64,000 bases of DNA from Candidatus Poribacteria bacterium (GTDB lineage Bacteria; Poribacteria; WGA-4E; WGA-3G): assembly GCA_965215265.1 (NCBI GenBank), contig OZ244048.1, positions 1,792,001 to 1,856,000 on the forward strand, read 5' to 3'. A program made the translations under genes and the position numbers. Positions 1 through 8,594 of the stretch are shown piece after piece; the first letter of the stretch is position 1, and each line of letters begins with the position of its first letter. The notes under the pieces were generated by a model. The model was not told the DNA's origin, did not search any database, and was given only the letters and a program-made list of their open reading frames with translations.

Positions 1-371
1 CAGAAGAGCAGAGTGCCTGGCCCCGTGCTGCGGGTTTGCAGTGTTGGCGGGAAGGCATTCGTATGCCGTGCTGTCGTGTGTTTTAACTGCCTGTTAAGAC
101 GATTGACCCCTCCCCCTTCACGTGCGTTAACCCTCTTATTAACTCAAGCAGCCTCACCCGTCGTCGCTGCTTTCTCACGCCTGCACGCCTACCGTCTCGG
201 ACGGTGGAAGCCGTTGCAGGCTTTTTTTCTGATGCGTGCGGTGTTCACTTGCGGAGGCCCTGGGCCCCTGCACGCCTGCCCGCCCGCAATCAAACTGATA
301 ACGACTTATAAACCTAACCGATGCGATAATCGCATCGACAACGGACACATCGTCCGAAAGGATATTTTGAA

Positions 372-980
372 ATGAAAGATTGGATGAACGCGAAAAAAGG
401 CATCGTGATTTTATTGGGCGGGCTGGTGTTAGTGTTTGCCTGCTACGGGCTGGTAAGAGCGCAACACGGCTTGAAGCCCGTTCAATCAGAGACGCGGCAC
501 GTCGCCCCGCCGGTTGACGGGCAGGCAGGCATAGCACGTAGCTTGCCTGCAGTCTCCCCCGACTCGGTTTCTCCTGAAACGGTTGCGGAGTGGTTGTCGC
601 TCTTACGCGCCAACAATGACGGCTCCGCGGTTTTTGCACAGGGGATAGCGAACCTTGAGCAGGTGCTGTGGGAGATGCAGCCCGTGGAGCGGCCGCGGCT
701 GTTAGCGAACTATCCGAATCCGTTCAACCCAGAAACGTGGATACCTTATCGGCTGGCAGTGCCAGGGGATGTGGAGATATCCATCTATGCGTTGGACGGG
801 CGGTTAGTCCGGACGTTAGCCTTGGGACATCAAGCGGCGGGCCGTTACGAGAGCAAGGCACGCGCCGCGTATTGGGATGGGCGCAACGCCTCTGGTGAGC
901 GTGTTGCAAGCGGTATCTATTTCTATACGCTGCGTGCCGGCGACTTCTCTGCGACGCAGAAGATGTTGATAAGGAAGTAA
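372..980 (+). CDS. Secreted/membrane-anchored protein consisting mainly of a helical linker plus FlgD-Ig/T9SS-type-A-like C-terminal sorting domain
   Basis: N-terminal hydrophobic stretch GIVILLGGLVLVFACYGLV; C-terminal LLANYPNPFNPETWIPYRL...YWDGRNASGERVASGIYFYTLRAGDFSATQKMLIRK. Confidence 0.85.
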   Translation: MKDWMNAKKGIVILLGGLVLVFACYGLVRAQHGLKPVQSETRHVAPPVDGQAGIARSLPAVSPDSVSPETVAEWLSLLRANNDGSAVFAQGIANLEQVLWEMQPVERPRLLANYPNPFNPETWIPYRLAVPGDVEISIYALDGRLVRTLALGHQAAGRYESKARAAYWDGRNASGERVASGIYFYTLRAGDFSATQKMLIRK

Positions 981-1080
981 AGCGAGAGAGGGATGTAAGG
1001 CGGGGGTGTGTCGTCTCGTGTTCACGAGGCGGTACCCGCCTCCAACCCCTCGTATTTTTAGCCGCGAGTGTTTCGCGGCA

Positions 1081-1197
1081 TTTGGAGGACTGTAATGTAT
1101 GATAAAAACGTGTCAAAGGTTTGGAGCCTTTTGATGTTTGCTAAAAACGATTCAATGATTTGGAGGTCTTTGATGTTTGCTAAAAGTGTGTCAATGA
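1081..1197 (+). repeat. Three tandem 39-bp units, each with a GGAG(G) Shine-Dalgarno-like motif and an in-frame ATG (1095, 1134, 1173)
   Basis: Units start at 1081, 1120 and 1159: tttggaggactgtaatg..., tttggagccttttgatg..., tttggaggtctttgatg... Confidence 0.85.
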
Positions 1198-3965
1198 TGG
1201 CGTGTGTTCTCACGGTTTTGAGTTTGGGCGTTTTGAGCGATGTGTGTGCGCAAGGGGTAAGCCTGCCTGCGGATGTCGGTGTGCTTTCGACTGTGAAAGG
1301 TGATGCGGATGTGAATGGTGATGGCCGTGTGGATATAGTGGATTTGGCACTGGTAGCGGCGCGCCTGGGAACCCGCGGAAACAGTTCGGCAGATGTGAAC
1401 GGGAATAGGGTAGTGGATATAGGGGACGTGGCGTTAGTAGCGGCGGGGTTTAACGGTGCAGCGTCTGCGCCTGCGGCGCCTGCGTCTGCGCCAGCAGGGA
1501 TGGTGCTCATCCCCGCGGGCGAGTTCCAGATGGGCAGCAACGATGCTGAGAATCTTGATGTACGGGAGACCGAGCAGCCTGTGCATACGGTGCATGTGGA
1601 CGCGTTCTATATGGATACGCACGAAGTGACGAACGCTGAGTATAAAAGTTTTGTGCTGGCGAATCCCGAGTGGCAGAAGGGGCGTATTTCGGCTGTCTTC
1701 CACAGAGATAATTACCTAAAACGTTGGAACGGTAATAACTATCCAGAGGGTAAAGGGGACCATCCTGTGACGTTTGTGCCGTGGTATGCGGCGATGGCTT
1801 ATGCTGCGTGGGCAGGGAAGCGTCTTCCAACGGAGGCGGAATGGGAGAAAGCGGCACGTGGTGGGGAGGCAGGTCTGAAGTATCCGTGGGGAGACACGAT
1901 AACGCCGGACGATGCGAACTACGGTTGGAATGTACGCGGTACAACGGCTGTGGGGAGTTATGCTGCGAACGGGTATGGGCTGTTCGACATGGCCGGGAAC
2001 GTGTCGGAGTGGTGTCTTGATGCGTATAATGCGGATTTCTATTCTGCGTCTCCGTCTAGTAATCCGCTGAGTGGTGTGTCTGGTAATACGCTCGCGAATC
2101 TGGATGAGATTGTAGATGACTACACAAGCGTAAGTACGAGCTTAAATCGGGTGTCGCGGGGTGGTAATTGGCGTGGTGATGTGCGTTACCAGCGCGTCGC
2201 CGATCGTTTCAATAAGCCGCCGACGTTCACGAAAAGCTTCGTCGGGTTTCGTTGTGTGAGTGCAGTGCCGGCGGAACCACCCGCACCGGAGCCTGAGCCA
2301 CCCACACCGGAGCCTGAGCCACCCACACCGGAGCCTGAGCCACCCGCACCGGAGCCTGAGCCACCCGCACCGCCGGCACCGGCAGGGATGGTGCTCATCC
2401 CCGCAGGCGACTTCCAGATGGGCAGCAACGGTGCTGATGCGTGGAGTAACGAGCGGCCTGTGCATACAGTGTATGTGGACGCGTTCTATATGGATACGCA
2501 CGAAGTGACGAACGCGGAGTATCAAACTTTTGTGCTGGCAAACCCGCAGTGGCAGAAGACGCGTCTTCCGGATGTCTTCCACAATGGGAATTACCTAAGT
2601 CATTGGGACGGTAATAACTATCCAGTGGGTAAGGGGGACCATCCTGTGACGCATGTGTCGTGGTATGCGGCGATGGCATATTCCGCGTGGGCAGGGAAGC
2701 GTCTGCCAACGGAGGCGGAGTGGGAGAAAGCAGCACGCGGTGGGTTAGTTGGTAAGAAATACCCGTGGGGGGATACGATAACGGAGAACGATGCGAACTA
2801 TCAAACCGGCCGCGGCGATACAACGGCTGTGGGGAGTTATGCTGCGAACGGATATGGGCTGTATGATATGGCAGGGAACGTTCGGGAGTGGTGTCTTGAT
2901 GCGCATAATGCGGCATTTTATTCTGCGTCTCCGTCTAATAATCCGCTGAGCGGTGTGTCTGGCAGTATGCTCGCGAATCTGGATGAGATTGTAGATAACT
3001 ACACAACTGTTACCTCCTCTCGCGTGTTGCGCGGCGGTAGCTGGCACAATTCTGCACGGAACCTGCGTGCCGCTCTTCGCCACGGGAATTCACCTTCGGA
3101 CGCGCGCGGCAACAACGGGTTCCGGTGTGCGAGGGCTGTAACTCCTTCGCCGGAGGACGAGACACCGGCACCGGAACCGCCCGCCCCGGCACCTGCAGGG
3201 ATGGCACTCATCCCCGCAGGCGACTTCCAGATGGGCAGCAACGATGCTGATGCCTGGGATGACGAGGAGCCTGTGCATACGGTGTATGTGGACGCGTTCT
3301 ATATGGACACGCACGAAGTGACGAACGCCGAGTATAAAAGTTTTGTGCTGGCGAATCCCGAGTGGCAGAAGACGCGCATCCCCCGCACGCTCCACAATGG
3401 TCATTACCTAGCCGATTGGGAAGGTAATAACTATCCAGTGGGTAAGGGAGACCATCCTGTGACGCATATGTCGTGGTATGGTGCGATGGCATATGCTGCG
3501 TGGGCAGGGAAGCGTCTGCCGACGGAGGCGGAATGGGAGAAAGCGGCACGCGGTGGTTGGGCCGGGTTAAAGTATCCGTGGGGAAATACGATATCCCCTG
3601 CGAACGCGAACTACGGTAGGAATGTAGGGGACACCCGTCCTGTGGGGAGTTATGCGGCGAACGGATATGGGCTATATGACATGGCAGGGAACGTGTGGGA
3701 GTGGTGTCTTGATGAGTGGGATGCGGATTTCTATTCTGCGTCTCCGTCTAGTAATCCGCTGAGTGGTGTGTCTGACAGTATGCTCGCGAATCTGGATGAG
3801 ATTGTAGATGACTACACAAATGTTACCTCCACTCGCGTGTTGCGCGGCGGTGGCTGGGGCATTAATACACGATACCTGCGCGCCGCTGATCGCTACGGGT
3901 TTACGCCAACGGGCACGAACATCCTCCACTACGGGTTCCGGTGTGCGAGGGCTGTTACTCCTTAA
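1173..3965 (+). CDS. Secreted protein: signal peptide + dockerin-like double EF-hand + three tandem FGE-sulfatase (SUMF1/CLec-fold) domains; probable DGR target
   Basis: ORF track 1068..3965, likely start 1173 (GGAGG, then signal peptide MFAKSVSMMACVLTVLSLGVLSDVCAQ); DVNGDGRVDIVDL and DVNGNRVVDIGDV; 3x MxLIPAGxFQMG...RLPTEAEWEKAARGG...DMAGNVxEW...RGGxW...GFRC. Confidence 0.9.
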   Translation: MFAKSVSMMACVLTVLSLGVLSDVCAQGVSLPADVGVLSTVKGDADVNGDGRVDIVDLALVAARLGTRGNSSADVNGNRVVDIGDVALVAAGFNGAASAPAAPASAPAGMVLIPAGEFQMGSNDAENLDVRETEQPVHTVHVDAFYMDTHEVTNAEYKSFVLANPEWQKGRISAVFHRDNYLKRWNGNNYPEGKGDHPVTFVPWYAAMAYAAWAGKRLPTEAEWEKAARGGEAGLKYPWGDTITPDDANYGWNVRGTTAVGSYAANGYGLFDMAGNVSEWCLDAYNADFYSASPSSNPLSGVSGNTLANLDEIVDDYTSVSTSLNRVSRGGNWRGDVRYQRVADRFNKPPTFTKSFVGFRCVSAVPAEPPAPEPEPPTPEPEPPTPEPEPPAPEPEPPAPPAPAGMVLIPAGDFQMGSNGADAWSNERPVHTVYVDAFYMDTHEVTNAEYQTFVLANPQWQKTRLPDVFHNGNYLSHWDGNNYPVGKGDHPVTHVSWYAAMAYSAWAGKRLPTEAEWEKAARGGLVGKKYPWGDTITENDANYQTGRGDTTAVGSYAANGYGLYDMAGNVREWCLDAHNAAFYSASPSNNPLSGVSGSMLANLDEIVDNYTTVTSSRVLRGGSWHNSARNLRAALRHGNSPSDARGNNGFRCARAVTPSPEDETPAPEPPAPAPAGMALIPAGDFQMGSNDADAWDDEEPVHTVYVDAFYMDTHEVTNAEYKSFVLANPEWQKTRIPRTLHNGHYLADWEGNNYPVGKGDHPVTHMSWYGAMAYAAWAGKRLPTEAEWEKAARGGWAGLKYPWGNTISPANANYGRNVGDTRPVGSYAANGYGLYDMAGNVWEWCLDEWDADFYSASPSSNPLSGVSDSMLANLDEIVDDYTNVTSTRVLRGGGWGINTRYLRAADRYGFTPTGTNILHYGFRCARAVTP
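2277..2372 (+). repeat. 21-bp tandem repeat (4 units plus a partial) encoding a PP[A/T]PEPE linker
   Basis: ccaccc(g/a)caccggagcctgag repeated between lectin domains 1 and 2. Confidence 0.95.
3834..3965 (+). other. Putative DGR variable region (VR) at the gene 3' end; paralogous VR-like segments at 2148-2270 and 3021-3149
   Basis: Differences between copies are concentrated at adenines and at positions 1-2 of NNC/NNT codons between RGGxW and GFRC. Confidence 0.7.
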
Positions 3966-3986
3966 ATCTTTACCCCTTTACCTTCT

Positions 3987-4006
3987 CCGATCTGCGTGCA
4001 GATCGG
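3987..4006 (+). other. Perfect hairpin (8-bp stem, 4-nt loop) about 21 nt after the stop; candidate DGR target-recognition cruciform
   Basis: ccgatctg-cgtg-cagatcgg preceded by pyrimidine tract tctttacccctttaccttct; no poly-T tail. Confidence 0.65.
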
Positions 4007-4020
4007 GTCGGCATAATTTA

Positions 4021-4076
4021 TTAACTAATAGTTAAAAAATCGTTATAAATAGGGTAAAATATTAACTATCTGTTAA
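4021..4076. promoter_or_regulatory. Two palindromic operator-like boxes TTAAC-N5-GTTAA
   Basis: ttaactaatagttaa (4021-4035) and ttaactatctgttaa (4062-4076) in an AT-rich tract. Confidence 0.45.
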
Positions 4077-4323
4077 TTTTCAGTTCATTTTTTGCCCGGT
4101 GCGTGCTGAACCCGGTTCGGTTTTGTGCTGGGCCAAACCGTATCTTGTCCGGCTCGTTTTATGCGCAGCGAAAGATAAAAGCAGAGGTGTGATGGTGAGT
4201 AGGCCGTGTGCCGAATGCTATCACACCTCTTTATTGAATCTTTATGCGATTAACTCCGTTTTTTCCGCTGCAGCAGATGCTCCTGTTTTTCCCAACGTTT
4301 CCCTTTATCCCGTTGCCCGTTAC

Positions 4324-4540
4324 ATGCCTGTTATTGGACTCGCAGATGCGATTTATTGCGTCCAACCAGAAGGAGCCATCTCTCACCTTGAAAAGGCAAA
4401 ACTGCAGGACCCCAGCCTCGCAAATGCCTATTTAGTTTTTGCATACTAAAAGGTCGGGGATTACGACAAAGCGTTAGAACTTCTAAAAGCAAGGCCTGAG
4501 AGAGAGACATTGTTGCACAGGTGCATCTCCGTGCCATTGA
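4324..4540 (+). pseudogene. Degraded TPR-like protein fragment
   Basis: AISHLEKAKLQDPSLANAYLVFAY*KVGDYDKALELLK reads through an internal stop at 4447-4449. Confidence 0.4.
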
Positions 4541-4770
4541 ATCCGGAGAGCCCTACATTCCACCCATTCAGCGAGAGGTTTCGTCCTAGCAGGAACATTC
4601 TGAGGCGGACGGAGCCTTCATGGATATCCCCCTGAATACCGACCCAGGGTTTTCAACGGAGACGGAAACGCCTTAGTGCTCAACTCCCGAAGTATTAACA
4701 GCAGATACCAGCGGTGGGTTGAAGCCCCGCTGATATCGATGCCGTCTTTGAGAAGAGGTAGTTTCATGGG

Positions 4771-4830
4771 TGGCAGAAAAAGGTAATCTTTGTCTCTCCT
4801 TGCAGGAGAGACAAGAATACCGAACCTTCC
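4771..4830. repeat. Family-B hairpin element (TGGCAG...)
   Basis: tggcagaaaaaggtaatctttgtctctccttgcaggagagacaagaataccgaacc, similar to the copies at 21158, 47750 and 57217. Confidence 0.75.
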
Positions 4831-4994
4831 GCCTCAATTTCTGCTCGGTTTGCATTTTCGAGAGAAATATCTGCGAGCAGCACCTTTGCGCCCTCTCGCG
4901 CGAACAGGATTGATGTGGCGTAGCCTGTGCCGTCTACTTCCCCTTTTTTCCCCGCACCTGTAACAATGGCAACTTTTCCGATTAATCGATTCAT
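4831..4994 (-). pseudogene. N-terminal fragment of an SDR-family oxidoreductase, truncated at a hairpin repeat
   Basis: MNRLIGKVAIVTGAG...G.G.ATSILFAREGAKVLLADI Rossmann motif; similarity stops at the family-B element 4771-4830. Confidence 0.8.
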
Positions 4995-5103
4995 AGGATT
5001 CCTTAACTTTTCGGCAATTATTTATTTTTTCTTGTTCGATAAATAGGTTACTCCGCTGGAGCAGGAGAAGGGTACCCTAACAAGTTCTATAAACATGTCG
5101 CTC

Positions 5104-5150
5104 CGCATCGACGCTATGAATGCTTTAGTAGCATTCATAGCGTCGATGCG
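5104..5150. repeat. Perfect 21-bp inverted repeat with 5-nt loop
   Basis: cgcatcgacgctatgaatgct-ttagt-agcattcatagcgtcgatgcg. Confidence 0.9.
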
Positions 5151-5300
5151 TGCCATTAGCATGACCTGGGTCTCAAGCTCCACCGCCGCGCTGGGCTGGA
5201 TGGCATCACGCTCAGAACATCGCTCTCATAATTGAAAAATAAAGGCAGAAGTGGGTTTTGAGTTCAGTGCACATTGAAACCCGACATCGCTCCAATTAGC

Positions 5301-6467
5301 TTAGATTCCCAACTTATCGTTAATTTCTTTCTGATAGCCCTCTAATTCGCAGTTTTCAATTTCTGCGATTGTTACAGGGCGGCCGAACCATCCAGATTCA
5401 TAGACTGCCATGCAGATTGCCTCAGAGCGCATACCTTCGACGGCATCCACTTCGGGCTTTCCGCTGTTCCGAATCGCATCGGCGAAATACTTAAGCTCAA
5501 TGGCGACGGTATCTTCGAGCCCACCGGGGAAATAGTATTCGCGTTCATCGTTACTGAGGCTATCCATGAACTGCTCCATGAGTTCATCGTTGCTGGTTGG
5601 TTCGCCGCTGCGAGGCACCAACCCCCGGTTGAAATCGAGCGCACCTTCACTACCGTAGACGGTGTGTTGGCGGAAGTGATGCCCTGGTGCAGAGCCGACC
5701 CACGTCCACTGTGCCGTAACGCCCTGCTCAAACTTGATGGTGGCGATGGTTGCATCTTCCACGTCAACAGCATAGCCGCCCTCTCTTTCTGCCGGATTGT
5801 CATAGCGGAAGGGTTCGTACGCTTTATTGATGGCATAGACATCAAGGGCTTCCATGCCGAGGATAAAGCGCATGAGGTCCGTGAAATGCACGCCTCCGTC
5901 TAACGCCCATCCGCCCCCGGCATCCATCTTGAAGTTGCGCCAGCCCCATTTGCCTAACCCTTCACTCACTTCAATCCAGAAGAACATACGGGGTTCTCCG
6001 ATGCGTCCCTCAGCAACTGCCCATCGGCGTGTACGTTGGATACGCGCCAATCGATAGTTCTCGGCAACTGAGATAATCTTGTCGTTTCTCTCTGCTGCTT
6101 CCATCATGAGTTTGCATGCACGCATAGTGATACCGAACGGTTTTTCAATGATGACATGCTTTCCTGCATCCAGTGCAGGCACAGCCAGCGTATGATGCGC
6201 GCTGTGTAAAGCACAGATATCCACGCATTCCAATTCTGGATGTTTGGCGAGCATCTCATCGAGTTCGGTGTAGACAGCAGGCTTGGTGCCGCCTTGGAAC
6301 TCGTGTGCTTGACTGGCACGTTCTTCAGCACGTTCGGGGGCAATATCGCACGCCGCAACGATGTCGTAATCCTGAATTCCGTTCTGCCAAAGTTGTTGAT
6401 AGCCGCGCATGTGTGCGCCGGACATACCACCGCACCCGACTAATCCTATTTTAATCTGTTCTGCCAT
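5301..6467 (-). CDS. Gfo/Idh/MocA family oxidoreductase
   Basis: KIGLVGCGGM, HVIIEKP, GGGWALDGGVHFTD; RBS gaggag upstream. Confidence 0.93.
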   Translation of the reverse strand: MAEQIKIGLVGCGGMSGAHMRGYQQLWQNGIQDYDIVAACDIAPERAEERASQAHEFQGGTKPAVYTELDEMLAKHPELECVDICALHSAHHTLAVPALDAGKHVIIEKPFGITMRACKLMMEAAERNDKIISVAENYRLARIQRTRRWAVAEGRIGEPRMFFWIEVSEGLGKWGWRNFKMDAGGGWALDGGVHFTDLMRFILGMEALDVYAINKAYEPFRYDNPAEREGGYAVDVEDATIATIKFEQGVTAQWTWVGSAPGHHFRQHTVYGSEGALDFNRGLVPRSGEPTSNDELMEQFMDSLSNDEREYYFPGGLEDTVAIELKYFADAIRNSGKPEVDAVEGMRSEAICMAVYESGWFGRPVTIAEIENCELEGYQKEINDKLGI

Positions 6468-6654
6468 GTTATTCTCCTCTTAACTGTGGGAACGATGTCT
6501 GCATCGAGACTTCTCCCCAACGGAAGGTTTCCATCCGCGCATCCCGCATTGATTGCACTTGCAGGAGGCATGAAGCGTCTACGTGAGTGCCCCTTCGAGA
6601 CTCCCCGTGGCTATCAAGAAAGATATCTCGCCGGAGAGGTTAAATCCTAACGGA

Positions 6655-6683
6655 ATTGTATCGGATATGCAATGAGATGTCAA
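6655..6683 (-). promoter_or_regulatory. Sigma70-type promoter for the oxidoreductase
   Basis: On the minus strand TTGACA-17 bp-TACAAT. Confidence 0.7.
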
Positions 6684-7007
6684 TGTTTTTTCTGAAAATC
6701 CAATAAAAGAGAGAGACGGTTCGTAAGAGGGCGATTTACACCCTAAATCTATCTATCAGACCATACCCACTTTTTTTCCTACTTGACACGTGACGCTTTC
6801 TGTCGTTCACAGACACTAAACCCGAACTCCCATCTGTAGGGGCAAGGCCGCCTCGTCCGCCGTAGTTTGAAAAAATATTCATTTTTTGTGGGGGATCTTT
6901 GTTAAAATGAGCGTCTATATAATAAATCGCAAACCATCATTCCGCAATTCCGCCCGAATTGCATTTACGGGTTTCTTTTTCAAAAAGAGAAAGGTGAGGA
7001 TAGCAGC

Positions 7008-7490
7008 ATGAATGACGCTGAGATGATTCGGCGATTGATAGCAACCGCGGGCCATGACGCAGCAGCCGGTCGTCGCATTTTTGAAAAGTATTCTGGTGCC
7101 GTTTATCGGACAGTACATAACGTTTTGCAGGATCATTGGGATGCCGAGGACGTTGTCAGTGAAACGTTCCAGCAAGCCTTGCGCAAACTGGATACACTCA
7201 AGGACCCGACGGCGTTGCAGACGTGGATGTGTCGCATCGGCTATCGGTACGCCGTGTCCAGAAAAAGACGCAGTGCGTTAACTGTTGAATCGCTTGACGA
7301 AATATCTCATGAGGGACTGGTGTTGCCTGCGGAGATGGCGGCACTGTGGGCAGACGAGACTGACGGGATTCGAAGATAAAACAGGAGCGTCTTGAGCTGC
7401 TCATCCGCTTGATTCGCTCACTACCCCCGAGAGATAGTCAGGTGATGGAGCTCTACTATTTTGAGGGGCTCAAACAGGCAGAGATTGCGG
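7008..7490 (+). pseudogene. ECF sigma-70 factor, frameshifted near 7375 and truncated in region 4
   Basis: Region 2 DAEDVVSETFQQALRKLDTLKDPTALQTW; region 4 IRSLPPRDSQVMELYYFEGLKQAEIA lies in a different frame, then similarity ends. Confidence 0.8.
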
Positions 7491-7667
7491 TATTTAGATT
7501 CAATACATCCCGTGTCATCAGATCTGCGGGCTCCCACAATCGCTTTGCGGCAATCCTATATAGCCCCACTACAGACGCGACTTGTTATCGGCTAGACACC
7601 ACAACTATTATTTATAAAACGCCTACATGGTAATGTAGGAATAATCCAAAAATCGCAATTCCGACAC

Positions 7668-7696
7668 TTGACTTAAAATCTGCTTTTCGGTAAAAT
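7668..7696 (+). promoter_or_regulatory. Sigma70-type promoter
   Basis: TTGACT-17 bp-TAAAAT upstream of the LamG gene. Confidence 0.7.
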
Positions 7697-7727
7697 AACC
7701 ACAGAATTAAAAAAAGGGGAACTGAAC

Positions 7728-8528
7728 GTGCGATACAGTGATATTATGACACGACGTTTTGGCACCGTGATAGCAATTTTGATTTGCCTACTCCTCGGGG
7801 GCGGAAATGCCCCAGCAGCAGTGGATGAAAACACCGTCGCCGTCTGGCTCTTTGAGGAAGGCGCTGGGAAGACGGTGAAAGATGCTTCCGGCAACGGGCA
7901 CGATGGGGAATTTGAAGGGAGCCTAAAATGGGTCAAAGGGAAATTTGGAACTGGGTTAGAATTTCCCGGTGATGACAGCGGCTATGTTGTCGTGCAATCC
8001 AGCAAAGCCCTGGAATTGGAAACGCTCACGATTGAAGCGTGGGTGAAAGTGAAAAAATCAACAGGCAAATGGCAAGGCATTATCTGTAAACAGCAAGCGG
8101 GTTGTACGAATAGAAACTACGGCATCTGGGTGCATATAGACAAAAGCGTTCTGCACGCGGAAATCGGCGCGAATGCAGCGTGCGGGTTTAGTATTGATGG
8201 CACAACCCTTATTACTGATGACAAATGGCATCACCTCGCCTTCACGTACGATGGTAAGATGGGGAGGACGTATGTCGACGGGGAATTGGAAACGGAAGCA
8301 CCTAACAATGCCACGTTTCAAAGCGGAGACCCGATTACGATTGGCGTGCCGAATCTGAACAACGCCAACGGGTTGATGGGAATTATAGAGGAGGCACGTA
8401 TTTCCAACGTCGCCCGCACCGAAGAAGAGATTCAGGTGGCGATGGATATCGGCTTAGCAGCGGTGCTCAGTGTAGACCCGGGCGGTAAATTGGCGGCGCG
8501 CTGGGGATACCTTAAGAGTATTCGGTAG
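7728..8528 (+). CDS. Secreted LamG-like (concanavalin A jelly-roll) protein
   Basis: Signal peptide; WLFEEGAGKTVKDASGNGHDG, TIEAWVK, WHHLAFTYDG; C-terminal VDPGGKLAARWGYLK. Confidence 0.9.
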   Translation: MRYSDIMTRRFGTVIAILICLLLGGGNAPAAVDENTVAVWLFEEGAGKTVKDASGNGHDGEFEGSLKWVKGKFGTGLEFPGDDSGYVVVQSSKALELETLTIEAWVKVKKSTGKWQGIICKQQAGCTNRNYGIWVHIDKSVLHAEIGANAACGFSIDGTTLITDDKWHHLAFTYDGKMGRTYVDGELETEAPNNATFQSGDPITIGVPNLNNANGLMGIIEEARISNVARTEEEIQVAMDIGLAAVLSVDPGGKLAARWGYLKSIR

Positions 8529-8594
8529 ATTTGAAAGCAGCTGAAATAGGGGCGAGGGGCCTCACCTACTCATTGTAAATAAGGAGAAACAGAT

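Noticed and set aside
1173-3965. Calling the protein a formylglycine-generating enzyme
   Set aside because: The catalytic Cys pair after RGGS is absent in all three domains; that segment is the variable part, which fits a binding CLec fold
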